From Bacteriovoracia bacterium (lineage in GTDB: Bacteria; Bdellovibrionota; Bacteriovoracia; Bacteriovoracales; Bacteriovoracaceae): a stretch of 50,701 nucleotides of DNA. Both the position numbers and the translations under genes were made by a program. This document shows positions 39,979 to 46,814 of this stretch, in pieces. The notes under the pieces were generated by a model. That model worked only from the letters and a program-made list of their open reading frames with translations, did no database searches and was not told the DNA's origin. The DNA is taken from NCBI GenBank assembly GCA_046570105.1, contig JBKHVI010000015.1:1-50701 (forward strand). The letters run 5' to 3'. Within the stretch, counting starts at the first letter, position 1, and each line of letters starts with the position of its first letter.

Positions 39979-41829
39979 ATGGCCCGTTCAGGTAGCATCT
40001 CAGTAAAAACCCAAGACATCTTCCCGATTATCAAAAAATGGCTTTACTCGGAGCATGATATTTTCTTGCGCGAGCTGGTTTCAAACGCCTGTGACGCCAT
40101 CACCAAACGCCATGCTTACGCTCGCACAGAAAACCTCGAGGCCCCGGAAGGCAGCGTCGAAGTCATAGTCAATAAAACGGCTGGAACTATTGTTATCAAA
40201 GACAACGGCCTTGGTATGAACGAAGCCGAAGTCGAAAAATATCTCGCGCAACTCGCCTTCTCGGGTGCTGCGGAATTCGTAGAGAAAATGAAAGCGTCGG
40301 GCCAAGACTCTGACGTCATCGGTAAATTCGGTTTAGGTTTCTACTCGGCGTTTATGGTGGCCGATGAAGTCACCGTTGATACTCTTTCCTACAAAGAAGG
40401 TTCAACTCCCGTGAAGTGGACCTGCCAAGGGGACGTTGATTACACTTTTGATACGGGTACTCGTACCGAAGCCGGTACAACCATCACTCTTAAAGTCAGC
40501 GAAGATTCAAAAGACTTCTTAAACAAATGGAAAGTATCTGAGACTTTGCGCCGCTACTGTGACTTCATGCCGTGGGACGTATCCGTTCTCGATGCTGAAG
40601 AAAAAGACGCTAAAGCGGAAGTCTTTAACGAGAAAGTTCCTCTGTGGAAAAAAGACCCTAAAGACATCACGGATGATCAATATAAAGAATTCTATCGCAA
40701 ACTCTTCCCAATGGATCCAGAACCTCTTTTCTGGTTACACTTAAATGTCGATCATCCTTTCACATTGCAAGGGATTCTCTATTTTCCAAAAATCAATTTG
40801 CAAAAACCGATGCAAGAACAAGGCATCAAGCTTTACTGCAAACAGGTTTTTGTTTCTGACTCAGTTAAAAACGTTCTGCCTGACTTCCTCACCCTTCTCA
40901 AAGGTGCGATGGATTCAACTGATATCCCGCTGAACGTGTCGCGTTCAGCTTTGCAAGGTGACCCGAACGTTAAAAAGATCGCTAACTACGTTATTAAGAA
41001 AGTCGCTGAAGGTATCAAGAAGCTTGCGAACTCAGATCGCGAACGCTTCAACAAAGTTTGGGAAGACATTGGCCTATTCGTTAAATACGGCTGTGTCTCT
41101 GATCCAAAGTTTGATGAGCTCGCACGTCCCTTTGTTCTTTTCAAAAACTCTGAGAACAAACTCGTAACTCTCGCCGAGTACACCGAGTCGATCCCAGAGA
41201 AGTACAAAGAAAAAATGAAAGAGAAAGTTCTCACACACGATATGCAAAATGGTGATGAGTCCCTTCGTAAACAAATGCTCTCAGAAGGTGTGCATGCCAT
41301 CAGCCTTGATCAAATGATTGACCCGCATTTTACACAGCATGCGGAAATGCATGCACAAGGTGAAGTGAAGTATAAGTTCCTCACTATCGAAACAGAAATC
41401 GAAAATCTTCTCGAGACAGCTCCAGTAGGCGCCGATGATTTGAAGATTGGCGATTTCTTCAAAGAAGCTTTGGATGCAAAACCAGAAACTCTTGATGTAG
41501 AAGTCAAAGGTCTAAAGAACGCAACGACACCAGCTTATTTTAAAGTTGATGAGTCGATGAGACGCTTCCAGCAGATGACGAAATCGATGGGACAGAACTT
41601 CCCGATGCCTTTAAAGAAAACTTTGGTAGTGAACCCTACTCACCCCTTGGTTCAAAACGCCTGGAAATTGTCAGAGGGTAAACACAAGGAACTCGCGAAG
41701 AAGATGGTCACCCACGTGCAGGATCTCGCGACTCTTTCTAGCGAAGGTTTGACCGCTGAGAACAAAGAAGCCTTCGTCGCTCGCTCGCAAGCTTTGATTC
41801 AAGAACTCTCGGGCCTAGCACTTCATTAA
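39979..41829 (+). CDS. htpG: Chaperone HtpG (Hsp90)
   Basis: LYSEHDIFLRELVSNACDA, DNGLGM, IGKFGLGFYSAF, DIPLNVSRS; start moved to ATG 39979 behind a GGAGG SD. Confidence 0.97.
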   Translation: MARSGSISVKTQDIFPIIKKWLYSEHDIFLRELVSNACDAITKRHAYARTENLEAPEGSVEVIVNKTAGTIVIKDNGLGMNEAEVEKYLAQLAFSGAAEFVEKMKASGQDSDVIGKFGLGFYSAFMVADEVTVDTLSYKEGSTPVKWTCQGDVDYTFDTGTRTEAGTTITLKVSEDSKDFLNKWKVSETLRRYCDFMPWDVSVLDAEEKDAKAEVFNEKVPLWKKDPKDITDDQYKEFYRKLFPMDPEPLFWLHLNVDHPFTLQGILYFPKINLQKPMQEQGIKLYCKQVFVSDSVKNVLPDFLTLLKGAMDSTDIPLNVSRSALQGDPNVKKIANYVIKKVAEGIKKLANSDRERFNKVWEDIGLFVKYGCVSDPKFDELARPFVLFKNSENKLVTLAEYTESIPEKYKEKMKEKVLTHDMQNGDESLRKQMLSEGVHAISLDQMIDPHFTQHAEMHAQGEVKYKFLTIETEIENLLETAPVGADDLKIGDFFKEALDAKPETLDVEVKGLKNATTPAYFKVDESMRRFQQMTKSMGQNFPMPLKKTLVVNPTHPLVQNAWKLSEGKHKELAKKMVTHVQDLATLSSEGLTAENKEAFVARSQALIQELSGLALH

Positions 41830-41843
41830 AGTTCTTCATTAAA

Positions 41844-41908
41844 GTTCCAACACTCTTTTACGTAAGCAATGCACAAAACGCAGAGCTTACGTAAAAGTCA
41901 TTTGGAAC
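41844..41908. repeat. 65-bp palindromic REP-like element, copy 1
   Basis: GTTCCAA...CTTTTACGTAAGC-17nt-GCTTACGTAAAAG...TTGGAAC; 55/65 identical to 46670-46734 by manual alignment. Confidence 0.85.
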
Positions 41909-42147
41909 CTTCTCAAAGTTAAAATGACATTTATTTCGATTCAGAAAAACGCCAAAGGCATTTCCTTGATTGCTATTTCTAATATCAGTAGTCCAATATT
42001 TTGGAGTGTTAGGAATAAAAATGATGAGCTTTTTCGTAAGGTACAAGCTATCTATCAAAAGTAGCTTATTGGGTCGCATTAAACAGAAGACCTTTTGAAA
42101 ATAGAAATTCATCTCTGAAAAACTAATCAAAACTAGTCACATCAAAC

Positions 42148-42183
42148 AGAAAACCCAGCTCGAGTTGTTATACACAAGCTGGG
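42148..42183 (-). terminator. Intrinsic terminator on the minus strand
   Basis: Minus strand CCCAGCUUG...CGAGCUGGG 9-bp stem (one G-U pair that forms only on this strand) followed by UUUUCUGUUU. Confidence 0.7.
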
Positions 42184-42229
42184 CTCTTCTATGATCGCCA
42201 ATGACGGCGACCTTTAACTAAGGAAATTC

Positions 42230-42304
42230 ATGGAGGAGTTGTTAAGGGTTCTTGCTCTTATCATCATCTTGTTACAGCTCGCTGTAATGTTGAAGATGGT
42301 TTGA
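42230..42304 (+). CDS. 24-aa hydrophobic peptide MEELLRVLALIIILLQLAVMLKMV, candidate type I toxin (TisB/DinQ-like)
   Basis: AAGGA SD 5 nt upstream of ATG; single TM-length helix; own terminator 10 nt after the stop. Confidence 0.65.
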   Translation: MEELLRVLALIIILLQLAVMLKMV

Positions 42305-42314
42305 TTCGGATTTG

Positions 42315-42347
42315 GGGAAGGGAGCAGCAACTCCCTTCCCACCTTTT
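42315..42347 (+). terminator. Intrinsic terminator of the small peptide gene
   Basis: GGGAAGGGAG-CAGCAA-CTCCCTTCCC perfect 10-bp stem followed by ACCTTTT. Confidence 0.75.
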
Positions 42348-42364
42348 CAACTTTCCACAAATCT

Positions 42365-42394
42365 ATTCTATGTATCTTTTGAAATTGAGCGCAA
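42365..42394 (-). promoter_or_regulatory. Candidate sigma70 promoter for the antisense RNA
   Basis: Minus strand TTGCGC-N18-TAGAAT. Confidence 0.45.
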
Positions 42395-42462
42395 GCATTT
42401 TGAACAAAACTCAATAACGCGCAACGATTAAGTTCGAATTTCCTAAAAGTAGCTGACACCTT

Positions 42463-42945
42463 TTAGCCGGCAGTTGGATCAAGTTCGGGCTCACCCATCT
42501 TCACACTCAAATTGCCCGTTTGATCTTCTTTACCACCCAAACGGCCACCGCTATTGATGGCAAAAACATTACTGCCAGCAAATTTCACCGAATGACGGTT
42601 ACCGTGAATCATTTGCTTTTCGCCACGCTCTTCTTCTTCTTTACAGTGAATACAAAGAGTCGCTGTAGGACGAGCACTCAAGCGCGATAAACCGATTTCC
42701 GCGCCACAGTCCTCACACTCTCCGAACTGACCTGCTTGAATTTTATCAAGCGCGTATTTAACTTTCTTAAGATAGACCGAGTTGCGCGACTTCAAGCGCA
42801 GATCCATCTGCTGTTGTTTTTCCTGGGTGAAAGTATCGATCTCATCACCACCGATGATTTCGGTGAGGACGTTCTCGGTAACAAACTCTGCGCCCAAGAT
42901 ATTGAGGAACATTGTCTTGAAACCTTCGATCTGTGACTTCTCCAT
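42463..42945 (-). CDS. TraR/DksA-family C4 zinc-finger protein
   Basis: GDEID coiled-coil tip, FGECEDCGAEI..RL.ARPTATLCIHCK; start moved to ATG 42945 behind a GAAGGAG SD. Confidence 0.9.
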   Translation of the reverse strand: MEKSQIEGFKTMFLNILGAEFVTENVLTEIIGGDEIDTFTQEKQQQMDLRLKSRNSVYLKKVKYALDKIQAGQFGECEDCGAEIGLSRLSARPTATLCIHCKEEEERGEKQMIHGNRHSVKFAGSNVFAINSGGRLGGKEDQTGNLSVKMGEPELDPTAG

Positions 42946-42969
42946 AACAACTCCTTCTTTTTCCATCAT

Positions 42970-43079
42970 GCCCAAATCCTTCTGGGCCTTTTTGTTTCCC
43001 CTACCAATCCTTGGCGGGGGCCAATCCTTTGGGAAGCTTCGGTGGAGATCCCTCTCCTAGAGTGTCTCATCCATGAGAC
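42970..43079 (-). promoter_or_regulatory. Array of GGA-loop hairpins in the leader (candidate CsrA/RsmA binding sites)
   Basis: GUCUCA-UGGA-UGAGAC, CUC-UAGGA-GAG, GGAGA-GGGA-UCUCC, CCAA-AGGA-UUGG, CCA-AGGAU-UGG, GCCCAGA-AGGA-UUUGGGC. Confidence 0.65.
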
Positions 43080-43104
43080 CCCCTCAGCTTCGTGCCAACA
43101 CTAG

Positions 43105-43121
43105 AGCAGGAACGATGCCAA
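43105..43121 (-). promoter_or_regulatory. Sigma54 (-24/-12) promoter candidate
   Basis: Minus strand TTGGCATCGTTCCTGCT with GG-N10-GC spacing. Confidence 0.65.
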
Positions 43122-43270
43122 GTTTGGCCTCATGAAAAAACTGGGGGTTACTCATAACGCAGGTGTCAAACAGGCCTTATACGGGCCAAAGAGACACTGG
43201 GGCAGGGACAAAAAGGTCTAACCTAAAATGACTTACAGTGAGGAATTCTAAGATGTTAGATGTCGTTTGA

Positions 43271-43561
43271 TTATGATGCGGCCCTTTTAACGACCAAATT
43301 CACACCTAATATGAGTGCCACCTTGGCAATAAAATCTAAGCTCACCTCGCTCACTAGGCCTGATTCCATGCGAGCGATAGCCGGCTGCTTTGTATGGCAA
43401 AGACTCGCTAAAACACTTTGAGATAGACCTTGAGCTTTTCGAGCTTTGATCAATTTTTCAATCATAAGTTTCTTTTGCTTAACAAGATCCATTTCCACAT
43501 CACTAAGACCTAAAAATGCACCAAACTCTTTAGCGCTTTTGAATTTGATATTTTTCTTCAT
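43271..43561 (-). CDS. XRE-family HTH antitoxin (HigA-like)
   Basis: ARKAQGLSQSVLA...TKQPAIARMESG HTH; ATGA overlap with the upstream toxin gene. Confidence 0.85.
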   Translation of the reverse strand: MKKNIKFKSAKEFGAFLGLSDVEMDLVKQKKLMIEKLIKARKAQGLSQSVLASLCHTKQPAIARMESGLVSEVSLDFIAKVALILGVNLVVKRAAS

Positions 43562-43875
43562 GCAATCCCCCTTAAGCGTTGCTTGAGTAATCGAATGGTC
43601 TGCTGTTGCATCTTTTGCGATTTTTTTACAGCAGCATGAATTACATAAATCGCTTCTTTGACCCTTATTACGTAGAAGACCCTTAACTCTCCGGACACGC
43701 CAGTTAATCTAAGTTCATTTAATCCTGGAGCAATACTTGCGAGAGATCTGGAAATTGGCATTTCAAGTTTTTTGCCTCTCGAGAGATCTTCAAAAAGTGA
43801 ATAGATATCTTCTGAAAACTCTTTAGGGCATCTCCTCAGCTCTCTTTGTGCTTGCTTGAGTACAACAATCACCAC
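43558..43875 (-). CDS. RelE/HigB-like type II toxin (Gp49-like)
   Basis: MPISRSL..GLNELR...LRVFY...IYVIHA..KKSQK pattern; toxin-first order; GTG start (43875 or 43872) behind an AAGGAG SD. Confidence 0.82.
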   Translation of the reverse strand: MVIVVLKQAQRELRRCPKEFSEDIYSLFEDLSRGKKLEMPISRSLASIAPGLNELRLTGVSGELRVFYVIRVKEAIYVIHAAVKKSQKMQQQTIRLLKQRLRGIA

Positions 43876-43890
43876 GGCAACTCCTTTAAT

Positions 43891-43906
43891 ATAACGCATT
43901 CGTTAT
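43891..43906. promoter_or_regulatory. Palindromic operator of the TA operon
   Basis: ATAACG-CATT-CGTTAT, overlapping the spacer and -10 of a minus-strand TTTACA-N17-TATATT promoter-like sequence (43888-43916). Confidence 0.6.
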
Positions 43907-44038
43907 TATATGTAAATCCTGTCCAGATAGAGTTACTGCAAGCGCGTCACCACAAAGGGACGATCTTAGATAGTCCGAATTATTGAGTTTCTTTTTTAAT
44001 TAGGAGAAATAATTCCCCGGGTTGGGGAAATTTTTGGA

Positions 44039-44758
44039 CTAGCTAAGCTGAGAGAGATTTTCCTGAAAGCCTTGATACATTTTCGCGAAAGAGAATCCGC
44101 GTTTAATCACTTCATCGCGCACGCCGAGACCACGCAATAAGAAACGAGTGAGATTGGTCAGACGCTCCCGTTCAGTTTCCCAACTCACCATCAGGTGAGG
44201 ACGAGAAGCTTCCGTGAGGGCGAGCGAGAGCATCTGACCAAACGCCAGCCACAAAGTTTCGTCGGAGACCTCTTCTGTATGAAGGTCTCCGGCGGAACAT
44301 GCGGCCTCATAAGACATCATCCACCACGGCAGGAGGGTGTGGGCGAAATGCTCTTGGTGAAAACGCAATGGTCCTTCGGTTTCGAAGAGACCGTGACCCA
44401 AGAGCCGCAGGATTTGCGGATGTCGTGGTACTGACTCCAAAGAGCCAGGGCGACGTCCGAGGGTAATTCCCCAAACCAACATGCCGGTGATGAACAAGAA
44501 GTGACCCGTCGAAGGCGTGGGCCCTCGAACAAAAGATTCCCAGGCATGGAAAGGAAAGCGATGAAGACGCTTAACTTCCATCCAAAGATCATCCTTTGAT
44601 TGGAAATGACGATAAAGAATTGGTTCGGTGATGAGCAGTCGCTGCGAGAGTTCGCGAGTGGTAACTCCATAATATCCGCGCTCGGCGAACATCTGTGAAG
44701 CTATCTCTAAAATCTGTGAACGCCGATCCTCGGCCTTCATACGGATCTTCTGTGTCAT
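44039..44758 (-). CDS. TetR/AcrR-family transcriptional regulator
   Basis: RRSQILEIASQMFAERGYYGVTTRELS...LYRHFQSKDDL HTH. Confidence 0.9.
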   Translation of the reverse strand: MTQKIRMKAEDRRSQILEIASQMFAERGYYGVTTRELSQRLLITEPILYRHFQSKDDLWMEVKRLHRFPFHAWESFVRGPTPSTGHFLFITGMLVWGITLGRRPGSLESVPRHPQILRLLGHGLFETEGPLRFHQEHFAHTLLPWWMMSYEAACSAGDLHTEEVSDETLWLAFGQMLSLALTEASRPHLMVSWETERERLTNLTRFLLRGLGVRDEVIKRGFSFAKMYQGFQENLSQLS

Positions 44759-44784
44759 TCTCTTCCTTGAGGCGACTGTCTTTT

Positions 44785-44849
44785 GATTAGTATAAGCTAA
44801 CTTAAGCTTTTTGGAGGGAATTTTTTGCCTGAGTTAGTAAGCGCTAACT
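44785..44849. promoter_or_regulatory. Two palindromic sites (TTAG-N6-CTAACT), candidate TetR operators
   Basis: GATTAG-TATAAG-CTAACT at 44785-44802 and AGTTAG-TAAGCG-CTAACT at 44832-44849. Confidence 0.55.
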
Positions 44850-44877
44850 AACTTGCCCAAGTATTTTCATCCGGTAC

Positions 44878-44905
44878 TAAAGTTAAGTCCCCATATTTCC
44901 GATAC
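44878..44905 (+). promoter_or_regulatory. Candidate sigma28 (FliA) promoter
   Basis: TAAA-N16-TCCGATAC ending 6 nt before ATG 44912. Confidence 0.55.
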
Positions 44906-44911
44906 GGTTCC

Positions 44912-45547
44912 ATGGGCCAGAATTTGACACAACTCTGTCGGGAAGAATGTTTGCGACTTTTACGCGAACTGCCACGCCATACCCAACCTAAAATTATTTT
45001 GCACACTCTCAAAGCTAACGTTCATGCTTTGGGTTTGGTCATTCTTGCCAAAGAAATTCATGCGGCAGAAGAGAAGAAAATCCCAGTAAAAGATCTTCCA
45101 CTTGAGCGCTGGAACAATGAAGTTAAAAAGCTTCATCCGCGCGAAAAAAGTTGGGAAGAAACACTGATGATGCTCGCTCGTGAGAATGAAAAAACACTGA
45201 CGCTTCATTGGCATGGGCCACACTTAGAAGAACTCTCATCGATCGTTTTGCATCTCGCTCGTAACACCATCGCTCACGGACAGAAAAAAGATTTAAGTCT
45301 CTGGGTCACAGTTAAGCAGCGTAATGATCGCTGGCATGTACAAGTGCGCGACGATGCCGGTGGTATGCATTCTCATGCGCGTGAGAGTGATCTGTTTGCT
45401 GGACAGGGCGAAGGTCTAAACTATGTCCGCGCAACCCTTAAGCTCTGGGGTGGCTCATGCGGAATTTTGTCTAATCCAGGTCAAGGTGTGACGGTAACTC
45501 TCCAATTTCCGATGCAAGCGCAAATGCCGCTCAAGAAAACCGCCTAA
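44912..45547 (+). CDS. Minimal CheA-like protein (Hpt-like helix + HATPase domain)
   Basis: LHTLKAN (Hpt-like), HLARNTIAHG (N box), VRDDAGG (G1), GQGEGL (G2), SNPGQGVT. Confidence 0.7.
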   Translation: MGQNLTQLCREECLRLLRELPRHTQPKIILHTLKANVHALGLVILAKEIHAAEEKKIPVKDLPLERWNNEVKKLHPREKSWEETLMMLARENEKTLTLHWHGPHLEELSSIVLHLARNTIAHGQKKDLSLWVTVKQRNDRWHVQVRDDAGGMHSHARESDLFAGQGEGLNYVRATLKLWGGSCGILSNPGQGVTVTLQFPMQAQMPLKKTA

Positions 45548-45615
45548 TTCACTTCGTTGCCAGTCGCTCTCGCTCCATGATGAGATAAGGTAATTCTTTT
45601 CTCAAGGAGTGAGAG

Positions 45616-46557
45616 ATGTATCAAATTACTAGTAAATTCTTACTACCCCTTCTCGTCTTATTCACAGTTGTTCAAAGTAGCGCGGTAGAAGCCCCCTACA
45701 CCGACAGCACCAATCTCGTGGTATTCGGTGACTCTGGAAAAGATAATCAAGGCCAACTTGATGTCAGCATGGCGATGCAAGAATTTTGTACTCGTGAAAA
45801 ATGTGATTATGGCGCACTCGTGGGTGATGTCGTTTATCCAACGGGTGTGAAAAGTGCCAAAGATCCTATTCTTGAAACGATGTTTGATAAGTACTACAAC
45901 CCGCTCAACATCCCTTTCATCATTTCTCTCGGAAATCATGACTACGGAAAACTGACTCTTCAGTGGAAGCGCGGCTATTATCACAAGCTACACGCGCAAA
46001 AGAATCCGAACTACCTTTTCCCACACTACTACTACGTGCACGAAACGCCTGAAGCTGTTATCGCAGTCCTAGATACCACTCGCTTGATGTGGATTCGTAG
46101 CTACACCGCTCAAAGAAAAATGGTTCAGGCCGCATACAAACGTGCCCAAGCGACAGGTAAATGGTTCTTTGTACAAGGCCATCACCCTTATCTCTCAAAT
46201 GGTAAGCATGGTAATGCCGGTTACTACGAGCAGTTCCCACTTCCTTTCTTTGCCTCAGGTCGAATTGTAAAAAAATTCTTTGATCGCTACGTCTGCGGTA
46301 AAGCTCACTTCTATCTTGCGGGCCATGATCACAGCTTGCAACTTATGAATGGCGTTCAAGCTGGTTGCGAAACACAACTCATCGTCTCGGGCTCAGGTGC
46401 AAGCTCAACGAAGCTCTACACCCGCAACTTCGTCGAATTCGAAAGTCTTGAAAAAGGCTTCTTCCATGTTTCCATCGAAGCGCAAAATGTTCATGTTAAA
46501 GCGGTAAATAGTAATGCTGAAGTGATGTTCGAAAAGTCTTACACCAAAACTCGTTAA
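45616..46557 (+). CDS. Secreted metallophosphoesterase (acid phosphatase-like)
   Basis: FGDSG, GDVVY, GNHDY, HHP and AGHDH motifs; signal peptide. Confidence 0.9.
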   Translation: MYQITSKFLLPLLVLFTVVQSSAVEAPYTDSTNLVVFGDSGKDNQGQLDVSMAMQEFCTREKCDYGALVGDVVYPTGVKSAKDPILETMFDKYYNPLNIPFIISLGNHDYGKLTLQWKRGYYHKLHAQKNPNYLFPHYYYVHETPEAVIAVLDTTRLMWIRSYTAQRKMVQAAYKRAQATGKWFFVQGHHPYLSNGKHGNAGYYEQFPLPFFASGRIVKKFFDRYVCGKAHFYLAGHDHSLQLMNGVQAGCETQLIVSGSGASSTKLYTRNFVEFESLEKGFFHVSIEAQNVHVKAVNSNAEVMFEKSYTKTR

Positions 46558-46566
46558 TCAACTCAT

Positions 46567-46598
46567 CTGATCGGTAGGAAGAGATTCTTACCGATCAG
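46567..46598. terminator. Hairpin between convergent genes
   Basis: CTGATCGGTAGGA...TCTTACCGATCAG 13-bp stem (one G-U on plus strand) followed by TTTCTTCTT. Confidence 0.7.
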
Positions 46599-46814
46599 TT
46601 TCTTCTTAAGACAACCTTCCCCATATCTTTGCCAGTTGAATCGAAGTATTGCTCAAGGTTCTGCTCAAGGTTCCAACACACTTTTACTTAAGCAAAGCAT
46701 CAAACGCAGCGCTTACGTAAAGGTGTGTTGGAACTTAAATAAATGAGATTCTTACCGATCAGTTTCTTCTTAAGACAACCTTCCCCATATCTTTGCCAGT
46801 TGAATCGAAGTATT
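46581..46814. repeat. Perfect 70-bp direct repeat (46581-46650 and 46745-46814) flanking a 94-bp insert
   Basis: GAGATTCTTACCGATCAG...GAATCGAAGTATT identical in both copies; includes the 3' end and stop of the 46759-47553 gene. Confidence 0.95.
46670..46734. repeat. 65-bp palindromic REP-like element, copy 2
   Basis: GTTCCAACACACTTTTACTTAAGC-17nt-GCTTACGTAAAGGTGTGTTGGAAC near-perfect 24-bp inverted arms. Confidence 0.85.

Larger units (their letters stand above)
42148..42358 (-). ncRNA. Predicted ~210-nt cis-antisense RNA (candidate antitoxin)
   Basis: Bounded by a sigma70-like promoter (42365-42394) and the minus-strand terminator; fully covers the 24-aa ORF; ends are estimates. Confidence 0.4.

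Noticed and set aside
41858..42130. 90-aa minus-strand ORF
   Set aside because: TTG start without SD, ends inside the palindromic element, no recognisable features
42214..42459. 81-aa minus-strand ORF downstream of the dksA-family gene
   Set aside because: No protein-like motif or convincing SD, and it runs through hairpins; the region is better explained by the plus-strand peptide and an antisense RNA, though not formally excluded
41844..46734. Palindromes as integron attC sites or CRISPR repeats
   Set aside because: Ends do not fit RYYYAAC/GTTRRRY (copy 1 lacks GTT on the right); only two copies 4.8 kb apart; no integrase, spacers or cas genes in the window
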